Shown piece by piece: positions 30,226 to 38,750 of a DNA stretch of 63,605 nucleotides. Every line of letters starts with the position of its first letter. Positions within the stretch are counted from its first letter, which is position 1. Source of the stretch: Solirubrobacterales bacterium (lineage in GTDB: Bacteria; Actinomycetota; Thermoleophilia; Solirubrobacterales; Thermoleophilaceae). The stretch spans positions 1-63,605 of the forward strand of contig JBBREO010000001.1 in NCBI GenBank assembly GCA_038202855.1. Direction: 5' to 3'. Made by a program: the position numbers and the translations under genes. The notes beneath the pieces are model-generated. The model was not told the origin of the DNA. It was given only the letters and a program-made list of their open reading frames with translations, and ran no database searches.

Positions 30226-30458
30226 ACGGGCCCCTCGCTGCCCCGGGCCTCGCGCCCGCTGGGCGCGCGGAAGTCGACCAGCTTGTGGCTGCCGTCGCAG
30301 AAGGGGCGCATGCGCGACTTGCCGCAGCGACAGAGGGCCACGACCTCGCGGCCGGCGTCGATCGCCTCTCCGTCCTGGTCCTCGATCCGGAAGGGACCGC
30401 GGACCAGCAGCGGGCCGTCGCGGTAGGGGGTGATCAGGGTCTCGTTCGGATCGGCCAT
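30222..30458 (-). CDS. CDGSH iron-sulfur domain protein
   Basis: 78 aa containing CRCGKSRMRPFCDGSH. It converges on the previous gene with a 4-nt overlap. Confidence 0.85.
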   Translation of the reverse strand: MADPNETLITPYRDGPLLVRGPFRIEDQDGEAIDAGREVVALCRCGKSRMRPFCDGSHKLVDFRAPSGREARGSEGPV

Positions 30459-30522
30459 TGTCGGCGCTTACCCGTCTGGGCGCGCTTCATCCGCGACGCG
30501 CGGCGCTGCGACACTTGGCGGC

Positions 30523-31557
30523 GTGGACCTCGCACTGCTCGACTCCGTGCTGGCCGACCTCGGCCAGCCTTCCTTCCGCGCCGCCCAGGTGTGGGAGTGG
30601 ACCGCCCGCGGGGTCGCCTCCTACGAGGAGATGACCAACCTGCCGGTCGCGCTGCGGGCCCAGCTCGCCGAGCGGGTGCCCTTGTCGTCGCTGACCGTCG
30701 AGCGCGAGGCGCTGGCCTCCGACGGCACGGAGAAGGCGCTGTTCCACACGGGTGACGGCCGGCCCCTGGAGGCCGTGCTGATGCGCTATCGAGGAGGTTC
30801 GAAGCATTCGGCATCCATGCCAAATCCTTCCCCCGGCCGGCGCTCGGTGTGCCTGTCCAGCCAGTCGGGCTGTCCGCTCACCTGCACCTTCTGCGCCACG
30901 GGCACGATGAAGTTCGGCCGCAACCTCACCCACTCCGAGATCCTCGATCAGGCGCTGCACTTCCGGCGCAAGGAGGGGATCGACCACTGCGTGTTCATGG
31001 GCATGGGCGAGCCGCTGCTCAACCTGGACAACGTGCTCGCGGCCTGCGAGCGGCTGCCCGACGTGGGCATCCACCCCTCCTCCACCACGATCTCGACGGT
31101 CGGCTGGCTTCCGGGCATCGAGCGGCTGACCGAGCGCGACGGGCCCACCATCCGCCTCGCCCTCTCCCTGCACGCCCCCGACGACGCGCTGCGCTCGGAG
31201 CTGATGCCGGTCAACGACCGCTATCCACTGGCCGACGTCCTGGCCGCCTGCCGGCGCTGGCACGAGGTGCGCCGGCGGCGGGTCTACATCGAGTATCTGA
31301 TGCTGGCCGGCGTGAACGACTCCTACGGGCAGGCGATCCAGCTGGCAAAGCTGCTCAGCCCGCACGAGGCCTTCAAGGTCAACCTGATCCCCTACAACCC
31401 CACTTCGTCGGGATTGTCCGGCTCCAGCCCGGAGGCCATCGCCGCCTTCCAGACCGCCCTGCACGACAGCGGCGTGCCAGCCACCGTGCGCCTGACGCGC
31501 GGACGTGACATCGACGCCGCCTGCGGTCAGCTGGCGGTGTCCACCGCCGCCGCCTGA
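30523..31557 (+). CDS. rlmN: 23S rRNA/tRNA adenine-C2 methyltransferase RlmN (radical SAM)
   Basis: It has FRAAQVWEW, the radical SAM cluster CPLTCTFCATG, GMGEPL and the C-terminal DIDAACGQL. I trimmed it to the GTG at 30523. Confidence 0.9.
   Translation: MDLALLDSVLADLGQPSFRAAQVWEWTARGVASYEEMTNLPVALRAQLAERVPLSSLTVEREALASDGTEKALFHTGDGRPLEAVLMRYRGGSKHSASMPNPSPGRRSVCLSSQSGCPLTCTFCATGTMKFGRNLTHSEILDQALHFRRKEGIDHCVFMGMGEPLLNLDNVLAACERLPDVGIHPSSTTISTVGWLPGIERLTERDGPTIRLALSLHAPDDALRSELMPVNDRYPLADVLAACRRWHEVRRRRVYIEYLMLAGVNDSYGQAIQLAKLLSPHEAFKVNLIPYNPTSSGLSGSSPEAIAAFQTALHDSGVPATVRLTRGRDIDAACGQLAVSTAAA
30801..30830. repeat. 30-bp imperfect palindromic element inserted in-frame in rlmN
   Basis: The sequence is GAAGCATTCGGCAT-CC-ATGCCAAATCCTTC, with 12 of 14 stem positions paired. 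It is locally AT-rich. It encodes part of an extra loop (GGSKHSASMPNPSPG) just before the radical SAM cysteines. Confidence 0.75.
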
Positions 31558-32453
31558 CCCGCGGCCACCGGCACCGGCCGGCGCTGCCAGGGCCAGCGCT
31601 CGTTGGCCGCCAGGTAGGAGCCGAGCAGGATCGCCACCAGTCCGGCGAGCGTGGCCAGCGTGAAGTCCTCGCCGAGCAGCGCCACTCCGTAGATCACGGC
31701 GAAGCCCGGAGCCACGTAGGCGACGAGTGTCGCCCGCGCGGGTCCGATGGTCACGATCAGGTCGTAGAAGAAGACGAACGCGATGCCGGTGCCGAACACA
31801 CCGAGCGCCAGCAGCGAGCCGACCGCCTGCAGGCTGGGTGTCGCCGTGGGCGGGTCGAGAGCGGCCAGCGGGGCGGACATCAGCGCGCTGGCGCCCATGG
31901 TGGCCGCCACGATCAGCAGTGGAGGCAGGCCGGGCGCCGCGCGGCGCAGGTAGTAGGCGCCGACCGCATACCCGACCGCGGCGGCGACCACCATCAGTCC
32001 GCCGGCCAGGGCGGCGGAGTCGCCGCCGGTGTCCAGGCCCAGCAGCAGCACCACGCCGGCGATGCCCAGCGCCACCCCGGCAAAGCCGAGGGCGTGCACG
32101 TCCTGGTCGCGACCGACGACGAGGCTCAGGAGGAAGGTGAACACCGGCGCCATCGCCACGAGGATCCCGGCCAGCGAGGAGTGGATGTGGTTCTCGCCGT
32201 AGGAGATGAGCATGAACGGGGCGGCCACCTGGACCAGCCCGAGCAGGAAGATCGGGCCGACCAGCGGCCGCAACTCGCCCGCCCGGCCCGTCCGGAGGGC
32301 CAGCGGCGTGAGCACCAGCGAGGCCAGCGCCGTCCGCACGAACACGATCATCGGCGGCGAGAACACGTCCTCCAGCGCCACCTTGATGAACAGGTAGGAG
32401 GCGCCCCAGAAGGCCGCCACGACGGCGAACTGCATCAGGCTCCGGCGGCTCAC
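31527..32453 (-). CDS. EamA/DMT-family transporter
   Basis: 308 aa with 10 predicted helices and two EamA-like halves. Its 3' end overlaps the rlmN 3' end by 31 nt (convergent). Confidence 0.8.
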   Translation of the reverse strand: MSRRSLMQFAVVAAFWGASYLFIKVALEDVFSPPMIVFVRTALASLVLTPLALRTGRAGELRPLVGPIFLLGLVQVAAPFMLISYGENHIHSSLAGILVAMAPVFTFLLSLVVGRDQDVHALGFAGVALGIAGVVLLLGLDTGGDSAALAGGLMVVAAAVGYAVGAYYLRRAAPGLPPLLIVAATMGASALMSAPLAALDPPTATPSLQAVGSLLALGVFGTGIAFVFFYDLIVTIGPARATLVAYVAPGFAVIYGVALLGEDFTLATLAGLVAILLGSYLAANERWPWQRRPVPVAAGQAAAVDTAS

Positions 32454-32525
32454 GCCGCCGAGGATGGCAGTGGGAGGGCCATCAGTTCAAATTACGGTTG
32501 TGAGGGGCTACGATCACTTCTGCTT

Positions 32526-33461
32526 ATGCTCGACGTGAAGCGGATGAAGGTGTTCAGGGAGGTCGCGGCCCGCGGATCGTTCTCGGCCGCGGCGGAGTCG
32601 CTGTCGTTCACGCAGTCCGCAGTCAGTCAACAGGTGGCGGCGCTGGAACGTGAGGTCGGCACCAAGCTTCTCGACCGCACGCCGCGCGGCGTGCGCCTGA
32701 CCGACTCCGGGCGGGCGCTGGTCTCACACGCCGACGCCATCCTCGCCCGCCTGGAGAGCGCCGAGGACGAGCTGGCCGAGCTCGCGGGAGTCCGCGGCGG
32801 ACGGCTGCGCCTGGCCTGCTTCCAGAGCGCGGGCGCCACGCTCGTCCCGCGCGCAGTGGCCGCCTTCCACGGCCGCCACCCCAAGGTGGAGCTGAGCATG
32901 GTCGACGCCGAGCCCGACGAGGCGCGCACCCTCCTGCGCTCGGGTGACATCGACCTGGCGCTGGTCTACGACTACGCCGCCGTCCCCGGCACGCTGGGCG
33001 AGGATCTCGAGCTCCAGCACCTGATCGACGACATCTACGACGCCGTGCTCCAGCGCGACCACCCGCTCGCCCGCAAGGCCGAGCTGCGGATGAAAGACCT
33101 GGGCTCAGAGCCCTGGATCGGCCCCACCGACCGCTCGGGTTGCCGGCTGATCGTCAACCGCGCCTGCCAGGACGCGGGCTATGAGGCCCGGATCGCCTTC
33201 GAGGCCGACGAGACGATGGCCGCCCAGGCGCTGGTGGCCGCCGGCATGGGCGTGACCATCTATCCGCGGCTGGCGCTCAGCCCGCTGCACCCCGGAGTGG
33301 TGGCCCGTCCGTTGGGGCCCGACGCGCCCGTGCGCCGCATATGGGCCGCCCGGCTCCAGGGCGGCTACCGGTCGCCGGCCTGCGAGGCGATGCTGCAGAT
33401 CCTGCACGACGTGGCCGAGGACTTCCGCCAGGGCGAGCCCGCGCTGGCCGCGGTTTCTTAG
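32526..33461 (+). CDS. LysR-family transcriptional regulator
   Basis: It has an N-terminal wHTH (MKVFREVAARGSFSAAAESLSFTQSAVSQQVAALE) and is divergent from the EamA transporter. I trimmed it to the ATG at 32526. Confidence 0.9.
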   Translation: MLDVKRMKVFREVAARGSFSAAAESLSFTQSAVSQQVAALEREVGTKLLDRTPRGVRLTDSGRALVSHADAILARLESAEDELAELAGVRGGRLRLACFQSAGATLVPRAVAAFHGRHPKVELSMVDAEPDEARTLLRSGDIDLALVYDYAAVPGTLGEDLELQHLIDDIYDAVLQRDHPLARKAELRMKDLGSEPWIGPTDRSGCRLIVNRACQDAGYEARIAFEADETMAAQALVAAGMGVTIYPRLALSPLHPGVVARPLGPDAPVRRIWAARLQGGYRSPACEAMLQILHDVAEDFRQGEPALAAVS

Positions 33462-33501
33462 ACACGTCAGCAAGCCTGCGACCGAGCAGACCAAGGACGC
33501 A

Positions 33502-33534
33502 GGGCCGAAGGCTTGGTGGGCCAAGCCGAGGCCC
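33502..33534. terminator. Hairpin between the convergent LysR and scpB genes
   Basis: GGGCC-GAA-GGCTTGG-TGGG-CCAAGCC-GA-GGCCC forms 7-bp and 5-bp stems. Confidence 0.5.
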
Positions 33535-33558
33535 GAGGACACAGGTATGCGACGGTCG

Positions 33559-34140
33559 TCAGGCTTGGTGGGGTTCGGCGCGGGCCTCGCCGGCCTTGAG
33601 CAGCCGCTCACGCAGGTCGCGCTCGTCCTCGGGCGTGGGATCGAAGCGCGAGACGTCGGGCAGCGCGTCGAGCGCTTCGAGCCCGAACAGCTTCTGAAAC
33701 AGCTCGGTGGTGCGGTAGAGCACCGCGCCGAAGCGCGAGCGGCCCGACTCCTCGACCAGACCCCGCTCCAGCAGCGTGGCGGTGGCCGACTCCGAGGCCA
33801 CGCCGCGGATGCGGGCGATCTCCGGGCGCGATACGGGCTGGAGGTAGCCCACGATCGCCAGGCACTCTGCCTGGGCCTGGGTGAGCGGCGGGGTGCGAGG
33901 GCGGGCCAGGAGGCGCCGGGCGGCCTTCTCGGCCACCGGATCCGTGGCCAGCGTGAACCCGCCGGCCACCTCGCGCAGGACCACTCCGCGGTAGCCGTCG
34001 GCGTAGTGCTCGCGCAGGCGCGCCAGCGCCTCGAGCACCTCGCCCTCCCCGGACTCCGTGGCGTCGGCCAGCCGCTCGAGCGACACGGGCTCCGGGGACA
34101 GGAACAGCAGCGCCTCGGTGATCCGGGCCAGCTCGTTCAC
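33559..34140 (-). CDS. scpB: Segregation and condensation protein B
   Basis: It has ITEALLFLSPEPVSLERLA and two wHTH repeats. The GTG start overlaps the scpA stop. Confidence 0.9.
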   Translation of the reverse strand: MNELARITEALLFLSPEPVSLERLADATESGEGEVLEALARLREHYADGYRGVVLREVAGGFTLATDPVAEKAARRLLARPRTPPLTQAQAECLAIVGYLQPVSRPEIARIRGVASESATATLLERGLVEESGRSRFGAVLYRTTELFQKLFGLEALDALPDVSRFDPTPEDERDLRERLLKAGEARAEPHQA

Positions 34141-34916
34141 GGAGAGCCTGGTCCGGTGCTCGCGCGGCCGGCGCCCGCGCTGCGCTCCTCCCCTGCGGGG
34201 GCCCTGACGGTGATCGGGCCGAAGGGCTCGCTCTGGTCCCAGCTGGCCTCGCCGGACTTGAACAGCTCCAGCAGGGCGAACAGGGTCACGGCCTCGGTCA
34301 TGCGGTCGGCGCCCTGGACGGCGTCGTCGAAGGAGAAGGACGCCTGCTTCCTCAACAGCGTGCGCACGTGGGCCAGGCGCTGCTCCAGCGACACGCGCGG
34401 GCGGGCGAGGTGGTGCAGGTCGATCTGGGGTGGCAAGCGCAGCAGCCCGCCCAGGGCCTCGGCGAGGCGGTCGGGCTCGTAGACGGCCTCGGCCACCTCC
34501 AGGGAGGCGCGGCGCAGGTGCGCGGGCAGCGGAGCGGAGCGATAGCGATAGCCCTGCTCGGCCGTCAGGCGCTCGCGCAGGAAAGCGGCCGCATCGCGGT
34601 AGCGGCGGTACTCGAGCATCCGGGCCAGGAGCTCATCGGCCGCCTCGGAGGGCTCGAGCTCCAGGCCGTCGGTCTCCTCGACGGGGAGCATCATGCGCGA
34701 CTTGAGCTCCAGCAGCGCGGCGATCAGCACCAGGAACTCGGTAGCCGCCTCGAGGTCGATCTCCCCCCTGTCCTGGAGGAAGTCCACGTAGGTCACGACC
34801 ACGTCGGCCAGCTCCACCTCGAGCAGATCGACCTCCTCGCGCAGCACGAGGGTGAGCAGCAGGTCGAAGGGACCCTGGAAGACCTCGAGGTCGAGGTCGA
34901 GCGAGGCGACGGACAT
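34137..34916 (-). CDS. scpA: Segregation and condensation protein A (kleisin)
   Basis: It has FQGPFDLLLTLV near the N-terminus. The C-terminal tail is extended by the repeat element at 34142..34193. Confidence 0.9.
   Translation of the reverse strand: MSVASLDLDLEVFQGPFDLLLTLVLREEVDLLEVELADVVVTYVDFLQDRGEIDLEAATEFLVLIAALLELKSRMMLPVEETDGLELEPSEAADELLARMLEYRRYRDAAAFLRERLTAEQGYRYRSAPLPAHLRRASLEVAEAVYEPDRLAEALGGLLRLPPQIDLHHLARPRVSLEQRLAHVRTLLRKQASFSFDDAVQGADRMTEAVTLFALLELFKSGEASWDQSEPFGPITVRAPAGEERSAGAGRASTGPGSP
34142..34193 (-). repeat. Family-1 palindrome-containing element, copy A (in the scpA 3' end, abutting the scpB start)
   Basis: The minus-strand sense reads GGGGAGGAGCGCAGC-GCGGGCGCCGGCCGC-GCGAGCACCGGACCAGGCTCTC. 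Its flanks are near-identical to copy B. Confidence 0.8.
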
Positions 34917-34981
34917 CGGCGTGAAGCCTAGGGGCAGGCTCGGAGGGCAGCACCGCCGGCCGGACCTGAGAGACTCGCGCC

Positions 34982-35842
34982 ATGGCGACCTATCCAGTGG
35001 CCGGCAAGGTCGCGCTCGTGACCGGCGCGGCGCGCGGCATCGGCTTGGCGACCGCGCACGAGCTCACCCGACGCGGTGCCCGCGTGGTGGTGGTCGACCT
35101 CGACCAGACCGCCGCCGAGGAGGCCGCCGAGCGTCTGGGAGCCGACGCGATGGGCATGAGCTGCGACGTGACCGACGCCGGCGCCCTTCGCGCCGCCGTG
35201 GCCGCGACCGTGGACCGCTACGGCCGGCTGGACGTGGTGGTGGCCAACGCGGGCATCGCCTCGCGGGCGGCCACGGTGAACGCCATGTCCGGCGAGGCGG
35301 CGAACCGCGTGCTGGACGTGAACCTGAACGGCGTCTACAACACGGTGGCGGCCGCCTTGCCGCAGATCGTCGCCAACCGCGGGCACGTGGTGGTCATCGC
35401 CTCGATCTACGCCTTCGCCAACGGCGTCGGCACCGCGCCGTACGCCATGGCCAAGGCCGGCGTGGAGCAGCTGGGCCGCGCGCTGCGGGTGGAGTTGGCC
35501 CAGCACGGGGCGGGCGCCAGCGTCGCCTACTTCGGCTTCATCGACACGGAGATGGTGCACCGCGGCATCGACCAGGACCCGGCCGCCGAGCGGCTGCACA
35601 AGGCCGTGCCGAAGGTCCTCCAGAAGCGGCTCGAGCCTTCCCAGGCGGGCAAGGGCATCGTGGACGGCATCGAGAAGCGCGCGCCGCGCATCATCCGCCC
35701 CCACCGCTGGGTCGCGTTCTCGCTGCTTCGCGGGCTGGTGAACCCGCTGCTGGACACGGCCATGGTCAAGGACGCGGACACCCAGGCCTTGGCCGCCGAG
35801 CTCGACAGGCGCGGCGACCAGGAGCAGCCGACCACGGCCTAG
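34982..35842 (+). CDS. Short-chain dehydrogenase/reductase
   Basis: It has the motifs TGAARGIG, NAGI and YAMAK. Confidence 0.85.
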   Translation: MATYPVAGKVALVTGAARGIGLATAHELTRRGARVVVVDLDQTAAEEAAERLGADAMGMSCDVTDAGALRAAVAATVDRYGRLDVVVANAGIASRAATVNAMSGEAANRVLDVNLNGVYNTVAAALPQIVANRGHVVVIASIYAFANGVGTAPYAMAKAGVEQLGRALRVELAQHGAGASVAYFGFIDTEMVHRGIDQDPAAERLHKAVPKVLQKRLEPSQAGKGIVDGIEKRAPRIIRPHRWVAFSLLRGLVNPLLDTAMVKDADTQALAAELDRRGDQEQPTTA

Positions 35843-35848
35843 CGGCCG

Positions 35849-36841
35849 CTAGGCGGGCTTGCCCACGCCCATCGCGGCGCGCACGTCGACCATCGTCGCC
35901 GCCGCCAGCTCGCGGGCCCGCTCGGCGCCCCGATCCAGGGCGGCCTCGAGCGCCTGCTCGTCGGGGCGCAGCTCGGCGTAGCGCTCGCGCACGGGGCGCA
36001 GGTAGGCCACCAGCGCCTCGGCCACGGCGCCCTTGAACGTGCCGTACTGCTGGCCCTCGAACTCGGCCTCGACTGCCTCGGGGCCGACGCCGCGGACCAC
36101 CGAGAGGATGTCGATCAGGTTTGTGATGCCCTCCTTGCCCGGGCCGCGGCGGACCTCGCCCCCGGAGTCGGTCACCGCGCTCTTCACCTTCTTGACGATC
36201 CGCTGCTCCTCGTCGTCGATGTAGATCAGGCCCTTCTCCTCCGAGCTCGTCGTGCTCATCTTCGACGTGGGGTCCTGCAGATCCATTATCCGAGCCCCGA
36301 CCGTGGGTATGCGGGGCTCGGGCACCACCAGCGTGCCCTCTCCGTAGGCCGCGTTGAAGCGGATGGCGATGTCGCGCATCAGCTCGACGTGCTGGCGCTG
36401 GTCGTCGCCCACCGGGACCTCGTGGGCGCGGTAGACGAGCACGTCGGCGGCCATCAGAACCGGGTAGAAGAACAGGCCGGCGGAGACCAGCTCCCGCTGG
36501 CGCGCCGACTTCTCCTTGAACTGGGTCATCCGGTTCAGGTCTCCGTGCGCGGTGACCGAGCTCAGCAGCCACGACAGCTCCGTGTGCTCGCGCACGTCGG
36601 ACTGGCGAAAGAGGACGCAGCGTTCGGGGTCCAGGCCGGCCGCCATCAGCATGGCGGCGGTGTCGTAGAGGTAGCGGCGCAGCTCCGCCGGCTCGTAGGG
36701 AACGGTCGTGGCGTGCAGGTCCACGATGCAGTAGATGGCGGGATCGCCGCGCTCCTGACCCTCCAGGTAGCCGCGCACGGCCCCGATGTAGTTGCCCAGG
36801 TGCTTGCGCCCGGTGGGCTGGATGCCGCTGAAGATGCGCAC
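35849..36841 (-). CDS. trpS: Tryptophan--tRNA ligase
   Basis: It has GIQPTGRKHLGNYIG (HIGH-type) and a KMSTT (KMSKS-type) loop. 330 aa. Confidence 0.95.
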   Translation of the reverse strand: MRIFSGIQPTGRKHLGNYIGAVRGYLEGQERGDPAIYCIVDLHATTVPYEPAELRRYLYDTAAMLMAAGLDPERCVLFRQSDVREHTELSWLLSSVTAHGDLNRMTQFKEKSARQRELVSAGLFFYPVLMAADVLVYRAHEVPVGDDQRQHVELMRDIAIRFNAAYGEGTLVVPEPRIPTVGARIMDLQDPTSKMSTTSSEEKGLIYIDDEEQRIVKKVKSAVTDSGGEVRRGPGKEGITNLIDILSVVRGVGPEAVEAEFEGQQYGTFKGAVAEALVAYLRPVRERYAELRPDEQALEAALDRGAERARELAAATMVDVRAAMGVGKPA

Positions 36842-36872
36842 GGCGGGGCAGTCTACGGGCGCCCGCTGCCCC

Positions 36873-37115
36873 CTACTCGATCAGCCCACCGCCATCACCC
36901 GACCCGAGCCCGAAGGCCAGCACCACGGCGCACGCGGCCAGCGCCACGATCGCCGCCCACCGTGCCGCCGGGTCGCCCGCGCGATGGGCGACGGCGATGC
37001 CCGCCGCGCCGAAGGCCAGGCCCACCACCGGAAGGGTGAGCAGCGCGAGGACGGCCGCGGCTACGAACGCCCAGGCCTGGAAGCGGTCCAGGCGCGCCTT
37101 GCGGTCGGGGCCCAC
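36873..37115 (-). CDS. Small two-helix membrane protein, hypothetical
   Basis: 80 aa with two hydrophobic segments. It fits the gap between gcvPB and trpS, and I recognised no motif. Confidence 0.4.
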   Translation of the reverse strand: MGPDRKARLDRFQAWAFVAAAVLALLTLPVVGLAFGAAGIAVAHRAGDPAARWAAIVALAACAVVLAFGLGSGDGGGLIE

Positions 37116-37121
37116 GGGGCG

Positions 37122-38750
37122 CTAGAGCGCGCCGGAGGTCTCGCCGTCGGCGTCGCCCGCCCGGTCGGCCTCGCCCGGATTGGGGTCCTCCGGAGTCCAG
37201 CGCACGACCGGGTGCTTGGCCGCGCCGGCCTCGTCGAGCCGCCGCACCGATGTGGTGTAGGGCGCGTTCTGGGCGATCGAGGGATCCTCGGCCGCCTCTT
37301 CGAGGATGGAGCGCACCACGTCGGCGAAGTGGTCCAGGCGCTCCTTGGGCTCGGTCTCGGTGGGCTCGATCATCAGCGCCTCGTCCACCAGGAGCGGGAA
37401 GTAGACCGTGGGCGGGTGCACCTCGTGGTCGAGCATCCGCTTGGCGATGTCCAGCGTCTTGATCCCCAGCTTGTCGCGCGCCCCCTTGCCCGAGAGCACG
37501 AACTCGTGCATGCACAGGCGGTCGAAGTCCACCGGCAGGTACTCCGCGATCCCCTCCTCGGCCAGCCGGGCCTTGAGGTAGTTGGCGTTCAGCACGGCGG
37601 TCTCGGACACCTCGCGCAGACCCTCCCCGCCCAGCGAGCAGATGTAGGCGTAGGAGCGCACGAACACGCCGAAGTTGCCCTGGAAGCCGCGCATCTTGCC
37701 GATCGACTTGGGCCGGTCGACGTCGAGCGTGAAGTGCGGTCCGTCGCCGTTGAGAGCCGGGTCCGGTGCTCGCCCGACCGACGATCGGGCTGCGCTCCTC
37801 CCAGCCGACTCCGACGAGCGCACGACCTGCGGCCGCGGCAGGAACGGCTCGATCCGGTCTGAGCAGGCGATCGGCCCAGCTCCCGGCCCGCCGCCGCCGT
37901 GGGGCTGGGTGAAGGTCTTGTGCAGGTTGTAGTGAACGATGTCGAAGCCCATGTCTCCGGGGCGGGAGATGCCCATCACGGCGTTCAGGTTCGCCCCGTC
38001 GTAGTACAGGGTGCCGCCCACCTCGTGCACGATCGAGGCGATCTCCTCGATGTTGCGGTCGAACAGCCCCAGCGTGTTGGGGTTGGTGAGCATCAGGCAC
38101 GCGACCTGGTCGTCGGCCTTGGCGCGCAGGTCGTCGATGTCCACGCCGCCGTGCTCGTCGGTGCCCACCTTCACGACCTCGTAGCCGGCCATCGTCACCG
38201 TTGCCGGGTTCGTGCCGTGAGCGGTGTCGGGCGTGAGCACCTTGGTGCGGTGCTCGCCGCGATCCTCGTGGTAGGCGCGGGTGAGCAGCAGCCCGGCCAG
38301 CTCGCCGTGCGACCCGGCGGAGGGCTGCAGCGACACGTGCGGTAGCCCGGCCACCTCGCCGAGGGCCCCCTGCAGGCGCCACATCAGCTCGAGCGCGCCC
38401 TGGGCCAGCTCGGGGTCCTGCAGCGGGTGCAGGCGGGCGTGGCCGGGCAGCGCGGCCACGCGCTCGTGCAGCTTGGGGTTGTGCTTCATCGTGCACGACC
38501 CGAGCGGGTAGAAGCCGGTGTCCAGGTCGAAGTTCTTCTTGGACAGGCCGTTGTAGTGGCGCACGATCTCGGGCTCGGCCACCTCGGGCAGCTCGGCCGG
38601 CTGCGAGCGCCGCGCCCAGTCGGGCAGCAGGTCGCCCACCGGCACCTCGGGAACGTCGAGTGCTGGACCCACGAACGCGCGCCGGCCCTCGCGCGAGCGC
38701 TCGTAGATGGTCACCGTCTGGTCGTCCGCGCGGGGGTCCAGGGCCGCCAT
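37122..38750 (-). CDS. gcvPB: Glycine dehydrogenase (decarboxylating) subunit 2
   Basis: It has YPLGSCTMKHNP, TPDTAHGTNPA and NLHKTF (PLP lysine). I trimmed it to the ATG at 38750, which overlaps the gcvPA stop. It carries the in-frame repeat insertion at 37752..37802. Confidence 0.95.
   Translation of the reverse strand: MAALDPRADDQTVTIYERSREGRRAFVGPALDVPEVPVGDLLPDWARRSQPAELPEVAEPEIVRHYNGLSKKNFDLDTGFYPLGSCTMKHNPKLHERVAALPGHARLHPLQDPELAQGALELMWRLQGALGEVAGLPHVSLQPSAGSHGELAGLLLTRAYHEDRGEHRTKVLTPDTAHGTNPATVTMAGYEVVKVGTDEHGGVDIDDLRAKADDQVACLMLTNPNTLGLFDRNIEEIASIVHEVGGTLYYDGANLNAVMGISRPGDMGFDIVHYNLHKTFTQPHGGGGPGAGPIACSDRIEPFLPRPQVVRSSESAGRSAARSSVGRAPDPALNGDGPHFTLDVDRPKSIGKMRGFQGNFGVFVRSYAYICSLGGEGLREVSETAVLNANYLKARLAEEGIAEYLPVDFDRLCMHEFVLSGKGARDKLGIKTLDIAKRMLDHEVHPPTVYFPLLVDEALMIEPTETEPKERLDHFADVVRSILEEAAEDPSIAQNAPYTTSVRRLDEAGAAKHPVVRWTPEDPNPGEADRAGDADGETSGAL
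37752..37802 (-). repeat. Family-1 palindrome-containing element, copy B (in-frame inside gcvPB)
   Basis: The minus-strand sense reads GGGAGGAGCGCAGC-CCGATCGTCGGTCGG-GCGAGCACCGGACCCGGCTCTC. Its 51 nt encode GRSAARSSVGRAPDPAL in a loop that I recall as roughly 20 residues shorter in other GcvPB proteins. Confidence 0.8.

Noticed and set aside
32454-32525. LysR-type T-N11-A operator in the EamA/LysR divergent spacer
   Set aside because: The AT-rich stretch TCAGTTCAAATTACGGTTGTGA contains several possible T-N11-A spacings but no clear dyad symmetry. That is too weak to annotate.
36842-36872. T-box leader upstream of trpS
   Set aside because: The upstream spacer is only 31 nt, and a T-box needs about 200 nt or more.
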